From an uncultured Phycisphaerales bacterium (lineage in GTDB: Bacteria > Planctomycetota > Phycisphaerae > Tepidisphaerales > Tepidisphaeraceae), in NCBI GenBank assembly GCA_963844715.1, contig CAWJPJ010000006.1, positions 768,001 through 832,000 on the forward strand: a stretch of DNA of 64,000 bases. Direction: 5' to 3'. How positions within the stretch are numbered: position 1 is the first letter of the stretch; every line of letters begins with the position of its first letter. A program made the position numbers and the translations under genes. The notes beneath the pieces were generated by a model that saw only the letters and a program-made list of their open reading frames with translations, did no database searches and was not told the DNA's origin. Shown in pieces: positions 42,675 through 54,079 of this stretch.

Positions 42675-43745
42675 ATGCAAGCAGCGGATTTTGTGATGAT
42701 CGGGGGCGGGTGGCGGAGTCAGTTCTTTTTGCGCGGCCAGAGAGATGCCCGAGCGATTCAATCTGCTGGGGATGATGGCGCGGAACCCGGTGAAGGCGAA
42801 GGCGTTTGAATCGGCTTGGAATATTCAGACATCCCGGACTTTGGATGAGTTGCTGAACGGGAAGAAGCCGCTGTATGCGGTGGTCAGCGTCGCCAAGGCG
42901 GCGACGGCGGAGGTGCTCGGGGAACTTTCGCGGCGCGAGATTCCATGTTTGTGCGAGACCCCGCCGGCGCCGGATGTGGCGGGGTTGGACGCTGTGAACG
43001 ATCTGGCGCGGCGCGGCGCGGATTCAGATCGCCGAGCAATATATTTTTCAGCCCATGCACGCGGCTCGGCTGGCCGTCGCGAACTCGGGTCTCCTGGGAA
43101 AGATTTCCCAGGCTCAGGTTTCGTTCACGCAAAGCTATCACGCGATGAGTTTGATCCGGCGGTATCTGGGAGTGGGATTCGAACCGGTGAAGATCACGGC
43201 ACGGAAATTTGAGTCGCCGATTTACCAGGGTCCGGACCGGCTCGGGCCGCCGCGGGAGGAGAAGATCATTCCTTGCGTGCAGACCATGGCTTGGCTGGAT
43301 TTTGGCGATCGGCTCGGCGTATTTGATTTTGCGGCACGATCAGCACCGGTCGTATGTGCGATCGGATCGGATTGTGGTCCGGGGGGAACGCGGCGAAATC
43401 AACGGGTCGGAAGTGAGATATTTGCAGGATTTTCGCACCCCCATGTATTTCGAGCTGCATCGGCAGGATGCCGGGATCGACGAGAATCTGGAGGGGTATT
43501 TTCACAAAGGGATCGTCGGACAGGGGAAGGGGTGGTATTCGAATCCGTTTGTGCCGTCGCGGCTGTATGACGACGAGATCGCCGTGGCGACCTGCATGGA
43601 AAAGATGGCGGAATATGCGCGGGGCGGCGCCGAGTTTTATTCCGTGGCCGAGGCGTCGCATGATACGTATCTGGGATTGATGATCGATCAGGCCACGGAG
43701 GAGAAGCGGACGATTGAGGTTGGGGCGCGGTTCGTTGGGGGATAG
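42675..43745 (+). CDS. Gfo/Idh/MocA-family oxidoreductase (3 frameshifts)
   Basis: IGGGWR, CETPPA, AEQY, YHAMSL. Confidence 0.82.
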
Positions 43746-43769
43746 ATCGCGTATCGACGATCGAAAATT

Positions 43770-43814
43770 GCCCTTCACCCTCGCCCTCTCCCCGTGAGTA
43801 CACCGGGCGAGGGG
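43770..43814. repeat. Family A REP-like hairpin (single)
   Basis: CCCTTCACCCTCGCCCTCTCCCCGTGAGTACACCGGGCGAGGGG between convergent genes. Confidence 0.8.
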
Positions 43815-43836
43815 AAAGTTCCAGACGCAAACCGGA

Positions 43837-44991
43837 TTAAGGCTGAGCGACTGGCTGGGTCGCCGGAACGGCGGCGGTTTCCTTGGCTTTGGCGTCGAGT
43901 CTCGGCTCGAAGCGGTCGTCGATCAGGCGGACGAGTTGGAAATCGTTCTTGTAATCCACGGGAACGAAATGCATCGCGGTTGAATCGGAGGATTCGGAAT
44001 CGGAGGAACCGGACGGCTCGGTTGTCGGCTGGAAGGAGAGGATCGCCTGGTCGATCTTGACGGCGAGGGCCGGATTGAGGTTGTAGAACCAGCCGATGGT
44101 CGTGCGCGGGACGACCTGCGATTCGAAAATCACCCGATATTGATCCGGCGTAATCGACCCGGATGCAAGCATGCGCTGGAGGCGATCGCTGGAGACCGCG
44201 GCAACCTGATAATCGTTGTGGGCGATCCCTTTTATCGACTGCTTCTGACCCATTGACCAGGTGACATAATAGTCTAACTCCGGCCGAAGCGAGGCGTTTT
44301 CATCCAGGAGTACCAGTGCCGCGCGATATCCGACAATGGACGACGGAACGGTACAAACGAGGGTGCGGCCTTTGAGATCGGCGAGGCTGGTAATCGGGGA
44401 ACTGGGCGGAACGATGACGTCCATCTTGTGGCCGGTGATGCCCCCCTGATCCGCCAGTACGCCGACGGGTTCGAAGCCGTAATTATTCACCAGGAAGGGC
44501 GCGTCCGCCGTGTGCAAAGCGACAAGCGTAATGGCGTTCTGGTTGATGCTGGCGATTTGATCGGCGCTATTGGTCCAGACTACGTCCTGAACTTTCTTGC
44601 CCGTGATCTGGGCCAGATGAGCCTCAAACTGCGGCCACGCGACCTGAGCGGCTTCGGGATCATCATCGATGTGGGCCAGAACGATCACCGGAGGATCAAC
44701 CAGTTTGGACGGATCAGCCGGGGGGTCGGCCAGGAGGCGGCCCTGGGAGTCGGTGAAACGCGGGTCGAGGATTTTGTGAGTGGGCTCAACCAGCCCGTAG
44801 CCGCGGACGTTGGCTTCTTCGGTCTTGAGCGCCAGTTCACGAGCGGCCAAGGTCCACCGTGCAAAATTCGCGACGTAGGCGATTGTGCCCAGAATACAGA
44901 CGATCATTATCGCCATGGTCCAGGTCTGAAGAGTGCCGGTTCTGCGGTGTGGGGGAAGCGGCGAGCCTTGCGGGCTGGCGGATTCTGTCAT
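43837..44991 (-). CDS. PhnD-like phosphate/phosphonate substrate-binding protein, membrane anchored
   Basis: SPITSLADLKGR, SSIVGY, QYRVIFESQVVP, YNLNPAL. Confidence 0.8.
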   Translation of the reverse strand: MTESASPQGSPLPPHRRTGTLQTWTMAIMIVCILGTIAYVANFARWTLAARELALKTEEANVRGYGLVEPTHKILDPRFTDSQGRLLADPPADPSKLVDPPVIVLAHIDDDPEAAQVAWPQFEAHLAQITGKKVQDVVWTNSADQIASINQNAITLVALHTADAPFLVNNYGFEPVGVLADQGGITGHKMDVIVPPSSPITSLADLKGRTLVCTVPSSIVGYRAALVLLDENASLRPELDYYVTWSMGQKQSIKGIAHNDYQVAAVSSDRLQRMLASGSITPDQYRVIFESQVVPRTTIGWFYNLNPALAVKIDQAILSFQPTTEPSGSSDSESSDSTAMHFVPVDYKNDFQLVRLIDDRFEPRLDAKAKETAAVPATQPVAQP

Positions 44992-45142
44992 GAGAGCGTC
45001 TCCTTCCGCCCCTCCGTGGGGACTTTCCCGGGGCGATAGATTGTGAGACGATTCTAATTTAACGCGGGAAAATGCCGATGGGTTCACGAAATCTTAATGG
45101 ACGATTGGATCGCGGGTAGTATCATGTATTTGCGGATCGCAC

Positions 45143-45781
45143 ATGTCTCAAACGCCTGTCAATGCTAAATCTCCGCGAATTCAGGATGTCGAGCTTTCGA
45201 AGCTGCGGCCGACGCAGTTGACGGTTGGGATGTTGCAGGTCAAGTCCAAACGCAAGCGGCTGAGGGAATTGGAAAGACGGCCCGGCGAACTGGTCGGATT
45301 TGTACTCGAGAACCCGATCCGGGTTGTCCTTGGGCCGGCCGACAAGACCTATGTGATCGACCATCATCACCTGGCGCTGGCGCTGGTGCGCGAGGATTTT
45401 CATACCGCGCCAATGCAAATCGAGGCGGATTTTTCGAAGTTGCCGCCGCGACGGTTCTGGACGCGCATGCAACGGAACAAATTTGTCCATCCCGTCGATG
45501 CGCGGGGAAAAAAGGAGCCAATCAAGGATCTGCCCAAGGATTTGAACGACCTGGAGGATGATCCATATCGGGCGCTGGCAGGATTCGTCCGCGAGGCGGG
45601 TGGGTATGCGAAGACAGTGGCTCCGTTCGAGGACTTCAAGTGGGCGGATTTTTTCCGCAAGCAGATTCGCAAGAAGATCGTGAAGGGGGATTTCAAGCGG
45701 GCGCTCAAGCGGGCAATGACACTGTCGCGGACCAAGGCGGCGGCGGGGTTGCCGGGGTATGTGGGGCGGAAGGCGAAATAA
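45143..45781 (+). CDS. ParB-like nuclease family protein (ParBc_2-type)
   Basis: LRPTQLTVG, YVIDHHHL, DDPYRALAG, PFEDFKWADFFR. Confidence 0.85.
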   Translation: MSQTPVNAKSPRIQDVELSKLRPTQLTVGMLQVKSKRKRLRELERRPGELVGFVLENPIRVVLGPADKTYVIDHHHLALALVREDFHTAPMQIEADFSKLPPRRFWTRMQRNKFVHPVDARGKKEPIKDLPKDLNDLEDDPYRALAGFVREAGGYAKTVAPFEDFKWADFFRKQIRKKIVKGDFKRALKRAMTLSRTKAAAGLPGYVGRKAK

Positions 45782-45812
45782 ATCGGGGGACCCACGGCAG
45801 CGCCGCGCGCGT

Positions 45813-46516
45813 TCAGGAGAGGAAGAGGCGGCGCGAGGCGGTGAGTTGGGCAACGTAAGTCTTCGCGTCTTCGTCGGGGCGGGATTCCAGAGTTTCAATT
45901 GCTTTTTCGAACGCCGCGGCGGAGGCGGTGTCGCGGGGGTTTCTGCCCAGCTTGGCGAGCGCGAAATAGCCGGTGTAACAGAGTTTCGTGGATTCGTGAG
46001 CGGGGTCGTTTGACGGAAGCGCGTCCTGGGCGGATTGAAAATCCATCATGGCCAGATCAAAGTCGCCCGCGGCGAGGTTGTGTCGCCGAGGAGCCAATGT
46101 GCCATGGCCACTCGGTCGAGCGGTTTTTGCAAATCAAGGGCGAGGCGCAGATTCAGCCGCGCGCAATCCCGCCCGGCTGCGAGATCTGCCGCGGTGGGGT
46201 CGATCCCGGGCTCTTCCCAGCCGGGCCAGGTGAACGAGCCGACGTCGTAGGCGATTGACTTTGCGGTGGAGCGGAAGAAATCGACGTCTTGCGGGGACGT
46301 GCAAATCAGGGATTGGCTGAGGCAATAGAAAATCCCGGCGCGGCCGATGGTCACGGCGGCGGGCAAATCGTGGCTTTTCCAATAAACGTCCCCCCGCAAC
46401 GAATGATACGCGGCGGCGACATCGCGCGGCGAGCCGTCGCGCTGGATGAGTTCGGCGGCGGCGAACGAATCCCCGCTATGCAGCGCATTCAGAACTTGCT
46501 GCGCCGCGACGTTCAT
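45813..46516 (-). CDS. Hypothetical helical protein (frameshift ~46084)
   Basis: YDVGSFTWPGWEE motif; translationally coupled to the aquaporin. Confidence 0.65.
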
Positions 46517-47141
46517 GAGTTGCCCAGATCGAGGATGCCGAATACGGCCGCGGAGGCGAACGCGCCCAGTATTTCACCAATGAGAAGATAGAGGAAGCTC
46601 CCCCAGTCGGAAACGTGCAGGAGCGTGATGCCGAGGGCCACGGCCGGGTTAAACGCCCCGCCGGAGATCCCCCCACCGCGAACGCGCCGACCATGACCGT
46701 GCTGCCGATGGCCAAGCCGTAATAGGAATTTCCCGCGACGCTGTCGACCGTGGCGACATTGAGAACGACAAAGGTAAGGGCGAATGTAAAGAGGAACTCG
46801 GCAAGAATCGTCGGCCCGGCATGAAGCTCGGCGGGAATCGGGGAATGGCCATTTTTGAGATAAGTGACAGCCGCGACGGCAAGAGCCGCGCCGAGAAACT
46901 CAGCGATGGTGTCGGCGATCCACTGGCGCGCCGGAAGTTTCCCTCGCAAAAAGACAGAGAGTGCGACCGCCGGATTGTAGAGACCGCCGGAAACATGTCC
47001 TCCGGCGTAGACCATGATCATGAGCGATGCGCCGATGGCGATGGGGGCGAAATTGCCCGCGCCAGGCGTGATAACGCATTGGCCGACCGTGAAGACGAGG
47101 AAGAAGGTTCCGATCGCCTCGACGATGAATTTCTTTGGCAT
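46513..47141 (-). CDS. MIP/aquaporin family channel (frameshift ~46670)
   Basis: EAIGTF, SGGLYNPAV, EFLFTF, ISGGAFNPAV. Confidence 0.92.
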
Positions 47142-47353
47142 GTTGAGTCTCCGCGCAAACCCGCCGGACCGTATTGAGCGGAGGGGACTTTACTTTTCGG
47201 CCGGGGGAATCGCAATTAATACTCGTTGGGGACGACATCGCCGGGGCTTGGGCGGCTGGTTGGAGAGCGGCGGCGGTTTTGCGGGGCGTCACGGCTTGGT
47301 TACAATCCCGCGCGGTTGTGGGTTAGGCCAATGGATTCGGCCGGGCAGTTGAG

Positions 47354-48586
47354 ATGGACCTTTACGATATCGTCGCCATCCTGGTCGCTTTGACCGCGAT
47401 CTTCAGCTATTTGAACCATCGATATATCCGCCTGCCCGCGACGGTCGGGGTGATGCTCATCTCGATGCTGCTATCGATCGTTCTGACGGCACTGGGAAAA
47501 TTCGGATATGGGATCGGGCACGACGCGCGGACGCTAGTCGGGCATATTCAGTTTGGGAATGTGCTGCTGAGCTGGATGTTGGGCTTCTTGCTCTTCGCGG
47601 GGGCCATGAGCATCGAACTGGGAGAACTGGCCCGGCAGCGCGGAATCACCGCTGGACTCTCGATCTTCGGAACCGTGGCGTCGACCTTTCTGATCGGGGC
47701 TCTGGCGTGGCTCGTGAATCTGATGCTGCGGCTGAAATTGTCGTGGCTGAATTGCCTGACGCTGGGGGCCCTGCTCTCGCCAACCGATCCAGTGGCGGTG
47801 CTGGCGCTCGTGCGGCGCGCAGGCGCGCCGAAAAGCATCGAGACGATCATCGCCGGGGAATCGCTGTTCAACGACGGCGTCGGCGTGGTGATTTTTCTCA
47901 CGCTTTTACAACTGACGCAAAGCGCCGGCGCGGTAGCCGGTGGCGACGTGGTGCGGATGTTTATTCAGCAGTCATTCGGGGGAGCCGTGCTGGGGCTTTT
48001 GGCAGGGCTGGTCACGTATCGCATGTTGCGCGACATCGTGGATTTTCAGGTCGCCGTGCTGCTGACTTTGGCGCTGGTGATGGGGATTTGCGCTCTCGCG
48101 CAGGCGCTGCAAGTTTCGGGGCCGATCGCGGTGGTGGTGGCAGGGATTTTGATCGGAAATCGCGGGGCGATGCTAACGATGCCCGCGCAGGCAGTGTCCG
48201 ATTTAACAAAGTTCTGGGAATTGATCGAAGAGATTTTAAACGGCATCCTCTTCGTCCTGATCGGCCTGGAGATCATGGTGATGCCGTATTCGCTGAGGTT
48301 TCTCTTCGCGGCGGTCCTGATGATTCCGCTGGTCTTGGGATCGCGCTGGGCAAGCGTGGCCGGAATGCTCCGCGTCCTGGCGCCCAAACGCGTGGACCGC
48401 CCGGCGATGATCAAGATTCTCACCTGGGGTGGTTTGCGCGGAGGCCTGGCGATCGCGATGGCGCTGTCGATCCCGGACCAGGCGGTCAGGCATCCAATCG
48501 TCGCGATCACTTACGGCGTGGTGGCGTTTTCCATTCTAGTGCAAGGAACGACAGTTCGCTTCGTGATCGAAAATGCGCTGAAATGA
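47354..48586 (+). CDS. CPA1 (NhaP-type) Na+/H+ antiporter
   Basis: SPTDPVAV, GESLFNDG, WGGLRG, VQGTT. Confidence 0.93.
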   Translation: MDLYDIVAILVALTAIFSYLNHRYIRLPATVGVMLISMLLSIVLTALGKFGYGIGHDARTLVGHIQFGNVLLSWMLGFLLFAGAMSIELGELARQRGITAGLSIFGTVASTFLIGALAWLVNLMLRLKLSWLNCLTLGALLSPTDPVAVLALVRRAGAPKSIETIIAGESLFNDGVGVVIFLTLLQLTQSAGAVAGGDVVRMFIQQSFGGAVLGLLAGLVTYRMLRDIVDFQVAVLLTLALVMGICALAQALQVSGPIAVVVAGILIGNRGAMLTMPAQAVSDLTKFWELIEEILNGILFVLIGLEIMVMPYSLRFLFAAVLMIPLVLGSRWASVAGMLRVLAPKRVDRPAMIKILTWGGLRGGLAIAMALSIPDQAVRHPIVAITYGVVAFSILVQGTTVRFVIENALK

Positions 48587-48595
48587 TCTCCTTCG

Positions 48596-48700
48596 CCTCT
48601 CCCCGGTATTCCGGGGAGAGGTTGGGTGAGGGGCGGCTTTCGAAACTCGAAAGACGCCCCTCACCCTTGCCCTCTCCCCATGAGTACATAGGGAGAGGGG
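48596..48700. repeat. Family A REP-like element (double hairpin)
   Basis: near-identical to 751-860. Confidence 0.85.
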
Positions 48701-48757
48701 AAAATGCGGCGTTACGAAAATCGCCGGCGGTTATTAACATGACGGCGGGAGGCTGAC

Positions 48758-50956
48758 ATGCGGCATGGGATTCTTTTTGCGGCACTTATTGGTTTCATCG
48801 GATTTACGACGATTGCGCGCACCGACGTTACCACGGCTCCGTCGTCGCGCTGGCCGATGATGACGACGGCGTCCAACGGCGCCCAGGTAACCATCTTCCA
48901 GCCGCAGCTCGATGATTTCCAAGGCGATCAGCTTTCGGCGCACGCGGCGGTGGCGGTTCAGATGCCGGGAGCGGCGCAGCCGACCTATGGGGCGATCTGG
49001 CTTCAGAGCCAGGTTTCGATCGATCGGGCGGCGCGGACGGTGCAGGTCATTCAAGTGACGATTCCGCGCTCGACTATCCCGGGATACGACGCGCCGACGA
49101 CGCAGGCGTTTACCGATGCGATCCAGCAGGCGCTGATGGCCAGCCCGGCGACGCTCTCGCTGGATCAATTGCTGGAAATGCTTCAGGCCGTGCAGACGGC
49201 ACAGCAACAGGCGACCGATTTGCAGAACAACCCGCCGCGGATCATTTTTCTTCAGCATCCGGCCGTGAAGGTGCAGTATGACGGCGCGCCCCGGCTCATG
49301 GAAGTGGCGAATTCAAATCTGCTTCGGGCCGTGAACACGCCATTTTTCGTGGTGCTCGACCCGACGACCAAGACGTATTACCTAAAAGGCGCCGGGCGCT
49401 GGTTTTCCGGGCCGGATGCGATGGGGCCGTTCGGGTTGAGCGCAGGGCGCCGCCGAACATTGTGGATCTGGCCAATCAGAGCGGATACGCCGATCCGGCG
49501 CAGCCGGTCTCGGATGTGACGGCGCAGGCGCTGGAGATTGTCGTCGCGACCGACCCGACCGAGCTGATCTGGACCGATGGCGCCGCGCAGCTTACGCCTA
49601 TTTCGGGTACCAATCTGCTTTATTATTCGAACACGGAATCGGACGTTTTCAGATCGATCAGCACGCAGCAGCTATACGTGCTGCTGTCGGGGCGATGGTA
49701 TTCCGGGCCGAATGAAAACGGGCCTTGGGCTTACGTTGCGCCGAACCAGTTGCCCGCGGATTTTGCGCAGATTCCCCCGGGAAGCCCCAAGGCGAATGTG
49801 CTGGCGTTTGTCCCGGGGACGCAGGCGGCGCAGGACGCGACGGCCGATACCTACATCCCGCAGACCGCCGCGATTGATACGAATAACTATCAGCAGCCGC
49901 CGGTGGATTACGACGGCGATCCGGATTTCGTGCCCATCCAGGGGACGGCGTTGACCTACGCGGACAATTGCCAGACTCCGGTGGTTTGTTGCGCTGGGAC
50001 CTATTACTGCTGCTCCAACGCGGTGTGGTATCAGTGCGCGACGCCGCGCGGGCGTTGGGATTTGTGCCGTCGCGTTCCCCCCGCGATTTACACGATCCCG
50101 CCATCATGCGCGATTTATCCTGTCAGATATTGTTACGTTTACGGCTACACTCCGACCGCGGTGTATTGCGGCTACACGCCGGGTTACACGGGTTGCTACG
50201 CCACCGGCGGCGTGGTGGTTTATGGAACCGGGTATTACTACAACGCGTGGGTCGGAAACACCTACATTCCGCGGCCGCTGACGTTCGGGTTTTCCGCGCG
50301 ATATGACCCATATTCGGGACACTGGGGATTTGGATTCTGCGCTGGCGACCGGAGGGGGCGGGTTGTGGGTCGGGTATTCGCCGCAGGTGGTCGTCGGAGG
50401 AGCGTGGTTTGGATACGGCGGGTATCGGCCGACGCTTTTGAGGGGCAATGCGCATCCGGATTTTCGAACCCAATCGCCGCCGCGCATTACGGCGCGAGCG
50501 GACGTTTATGCGCGCAATCTTTATCAGGATCGGCGGGATGTTCGGGCCTATGTCCCGCCGCAGCGCCCGGTTCAGCAGGTTCGTCCGGCAAATCCCGATA
50601 TCGGGCGGCAGGATATTTACGCCGATGGTAACGGGCAGATTTACCGGCACACGCAGGACGGATGGCAGTCGAGGCAGGGAGACCAGTGGCAGTCCGCGCC
50701 GGTCGCCGCGCCGGATCGATCGCAACCTCGTCAGCCGCAGGCCCAGCCCCAGGATCAACCGAGGCAACCTCAGCAGGATCAGCCTAGGCAACCCGCGCCG
50801 GCAAATCCCGATCGTGGAAGGTCGCCGGATATGGGGCAATTGGATCGGGATCGCACGGCGCGTCAGCAGGGAGATCAGCGTGGGAATTCGGGGTGGTCGC
50901 CCGGCGGGCGCGACTCCGGCGGACGCGATTCCGGCGGCGGGGGTCAGCGGAGGTAA
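48758..50956 (+). CDS. Large exported hypothetical protein with Gly/Arg/Gln-rich tail (2 frameshifts)
   Basis: signal peptide, IFQPQ, YVLLSGRWY, LPADFAQIP, IYTIPPS, VVYGTGY. Confidence 0.8.
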
Positions 50957-50965
50957 AGCCGCGGA

Positions 50966-53900
50966 CTACGAGGCCGTTCCAAAGCTAGCGCCGTGAAATA
51001 CGTCGCGGACCGCGGAGATGGCGCGTTTGCTAAGCACTCGGAATCGGTCGAGGTAAAGATAAATGATGGGCGTCGTGTAGAGCGTGAGCATCTGGCTCAC
51101 GATGAGCCCGCCGACGATGGCGATGCCGAGCGGACGGCGAAGTTCCGAGCCGGTGCCGGTCCCCAGGGCGAGGGGCAATCCGCCGAGCAGCGCGGCCATC
51201 GTGGTCATCATGATCGGGCGGAAGCGAAGAAGGCACGCCTGGTAGATCGCGTCCTTGGGATTCATGTTGTGGGTGCGCTGCTGCTGGAGGGCGAAGTCGA
51301 TCATCATAATGGCGTTTTTCTTCACGATGCCGATCAGCAGGATGATCCCGATCATTCCCATGATGTCCAACTGAACGTTGCAGATCAGCAAGGCCAGAAG
51401 CGCGCCGACGCCCGCCGAGGGGATCGTGGAAAGAATCGTGATCGGATGGACGAGGCTTTCGTAAAGCATCCCGAGAACGATGTAAACGGCCAGAATCGCC
51501 GCGATGACGAGAAGCTCCTCGCCCGAGATGGACGCCTGGAAGGCCTGGGCGGTTCCCTGGAAGCTGCCGCGCACACTGGCGGGCATATCGAGTTCGCGCT
51601 CGGCATTATTGATCGCGACGACGGCTTCGCTTAGCGCTTGACCCACCGGCATGTTGAACGAGATCGTCGTGGCGGGAAACTGGCCCTGGTGATTGACGGC
51701 AATCGAGGTCGTGCCCTCCTCGTAATGGGCGACGGCGCTAAGGGGGACGAGCGAGCCGTTTGCGCCGTGCACATAGATGTATTTGAGTCCGTCGGGGTTT
51801 TGCCAATATTGCGAATCCACATCCTCCACCACGTGATACTGATTCAGCGCGGTGTACATCGTGGAAACCTGCGCCTGTCCGAATGCGTCGTAGAGGGCGT
51901 CGTCGATGGCGGAGGCGGTGACGCCCAGGCGGCCGGCGTTTTGGCGATCGATGACGAGATTGGCGAGTAGGCCGCTCACCTGCTGGTCGCTATTCACGTC
52001 GGCCAGGGTGTGCACGGTCCGGAGTTTGGCAGTGAGTATGGGCGCCCAGTGGAGCAATTCCTGGAGATTGTCATCCTGAAGGGTGTATTGATACGTGGCC
52101 GCGGAAGAGCGGCCGCCGACGCGGAGATCCTGCACGGGACTGAGATAGAGGGTCGCGCCGGGGATGCCGGCCAGCGTGCGGCGCATGCGAGCGACGACCA
52201 GAGCAGCGGAATCCTTACGCGGGCCCAGGGGCTTGAGGCTGATGAACATCGACCCGGTGTTGTAGCCTCGCCCTCCCCCGCAGAAGGCAATGACGCCGTC
52301 GACGTCTTTATCTTTTTGGACGCCCGCCGAGAATTGCGTCAGCAAGCGCGACATCGACTGAAAGCTTGTGTCCTGGTCCGCCTGGATGGTTCCGATGATG
52401 CGGCCGGTGTCTTGATCGGGGAAGAAACCCTTGGGGAGGACGGCGGCAAGGAACAGCGTGAAAACGACGGTGAGACCCGTGGCAACGATCATCACCAGAG
52501 GGTGGCGAAGCACAACAGTCAAGGTGCGATCGTACAACCTCAGCACGGCCTGGAAAATACGCTCGTTGAGGCGGTAGATGCGGCCGTGTTTTTCCTCGGC
52601 GTGAGAACGGAGCAGCGCCGCGCACATCATGGGGGTGGTGGTGAGCGAGACGATTAGAGAAACGCCGATGGCAACGGAGAGGACCACCGCAAATTCGCGG
52701 AATAACCGCCCCAGGATCCCGCCCATAAGAAGAATCGGCAGAAAGACTGCAACGAGGGAGGTGCTCATCGACAGGACGGTGAATCCGATTTCCTGAGCGC
52801 CCAGCAACGACGCCTTGAGCGGCGCCATTCCGGCTTCGAGATGGCGGGTGATGTTTTCGATGACGACGATGGCATCGTCCACCACGAATCCCGTCGCGAT
52901 CGTCAGCGCCATCAGGGAAAGGTTGTCGATGCTGTAGTCCAGGAGATACATGACGCCGAACGTGCCAATGAGCGAGACGGGGACGGCGACGCTGGGGATA
53001 ATCGTGCTGCGGACGCTGCGCAGGAAGACAAAGACGACCAGGACGACCAGGATCATGGAGATGAGAAGAGTGAATTCGGTGTCGTGGACGCTGGCGCGGA
53101 TCGTGGTGGTTCGATCCATGACCGTGGAGAGATGGATGGCGGCGGGAATTTCCGCCTGCATTACCGGCATTCTGGCCAGGACGTTGTCCACCGTGGAAAT
53201 GATGTTGGCGCCGGGTTGGCGGAAGATGACGAGCAGAACGGCCGGGACGCCGTTGGCGGTCCCGGCGTTGCGAATATCCTCAACGGAATCGGTGACGGTG
53301 GCGATATCCGAAAGCCGAATCGGCGCGCCATTGCTGTAGGAGACGATCACCGGCTTGTATTCGTTGGCGCTGAGCAATTGATCGGTGGCTTGCAGCAGCC
53401 AGCGGTGCCTTCCGTCGGAGACGTCGCCTTTGGGGCTGTTGGCGTTGGCGTTGGCCAGGACGGTTTGCACGTCGGTGAGGGCCAGCCCGGTGTTGTTCAG
53501 GGCCGTGGGATTGACGTCAACCCGGACCGCCGGAAGCGCACCGCCGGCCACCGACACCTGCCCCACGCCGTCCAACTGGGATAATTCCTGGGCGAGCACG
53601 GAGGAGGCGACGTCGTACATCCGGCCCTTGGTGTACGTATTGGATGTCAGAGCCAGGATCAGAATCGGCGCATCGGCGGGGTTTACTTTCCGATAAGTCG
53701 GATTGCTGGGGAGATTAGTGGGGAGATTTCCGCGGGCGGCGTTGATGGCAGCCTGGACGTCGCGGGCCGCGGCATCGATGTCTCGGCTCAAGTCGAACTG
53801 GAGAACGATCGTGGTCGAGCCCAATGAACTCGAGGAGGTCATTTCGCTGACCGAGGCGATGTGCCCGAATTGGCGCTCCAAGGGCGTGGCGACGGAGGAG

Positions 53901-54079
53901 GCCATCGTTTCCGGACTGGCGCCCGGCAAACTCGCCGAGACGGCGACCGTCGGAAAATCCACCTGCGGGAGCGGAGAGACCGGAAGAAATCGATACGCCA
54001 GCGCACCGGCGAGGGCCACGGCGATGGTCAGCAGCGTCGTCCCGACGGGGCGATGAATGAACAGCGTGGAAATGTTCAC
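50966..54079 (-). CDS. mdtC: RND efflux permease MdtC
   Basis: [42 protein letters not shown]. Confidence 0.92.
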   Translation of the reverse strand: MNISTLFIHRPVGTTLLTIAVALAGALAYRFLPVSPLPQVDFPTVAVSASLPGASPETMASSVATPLERQFGHIASVSEMTSSSSLGSTTIVLQFDLSRDIDAAARDVQAAINAARGNLPTNLPSNPTYRKVNPADAPILILALTSNTYTKGRMYDVASSVLAQELSQLDGVGQVSVAGGALPAVRVDVNPTALNNTGLALTDVQTVLANANANSPKGDVSDGRHRWLLQATDQLLSANEYKPVIVSYSNGAPIRLSDIATVTDSVEDIRNAGTANGVPAVLLVIFRQPGANIISTVDNVLARMPVMQAEIPAAIHLSTVMDRTTTIRASVHDTEFTLLISMILVVLVVFVFLRSVRSTIIPSVAVPVSLIGTFGVMYLLDYSIDNLSLMALTIATGFVVDDAIVVIENITRHLEAGMAPLKASLLGAQEIGFTVLSMSTSLVAVFLPILLMGGILGRLFREFAVVLSVAIGVSLIVSLTTTPMMCAALLRSHAEEKHGRIYRLNERIFQAVLRLYDRTLTVVLRHPLVMIVATGLTVVFTLFLAAVLPKGFFPDQDTGRIIGTIQADQDTSFQSMSRLLTQFSAGVQKDKDVDGVIAFCGGGRGYNTGSMFISLKPLGPRKDSAALVVARMRRTLAGIPGATLYLSPVQDLRVGGRSSAATYQYTLQDDNLQELLHWAPILTAKLRTVHTLADVNSDQQVSGLLANLVIDRQNAGRLGVTASAIDDALYDAFGQAQVSTMYTALNQYHVVEDVDSQYWQNPDGLKYIYVHGANGSLVPLSAVAHYEEGTTSIAVNHQGQFPATTISFNMPVGQALSEAVVAINNAERELDMPASVRGSFQGTAQAFQASISGEELLVIAAILAVYIVLGMLYESLVHPITILSTIPSAGVGALLALLICNVQLDIMGMIGIILLIGIVKKNAIMMIDFALQQQRTHNMNPKDAIYQACLLRFRPIMMTTMAALLGGLPLALGTGTGSELRRPLGIAIVGGLIVSQMLTLYTTPIIYLYLDRFRVLSKRAISAVRDVFHGASFGTAS

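Noticed and set aside
45143..45781. Chromosome or plasmid partition locus, or defence system
   Set aside because: No parA, parS, HTH domain or neighbouring defence genes.
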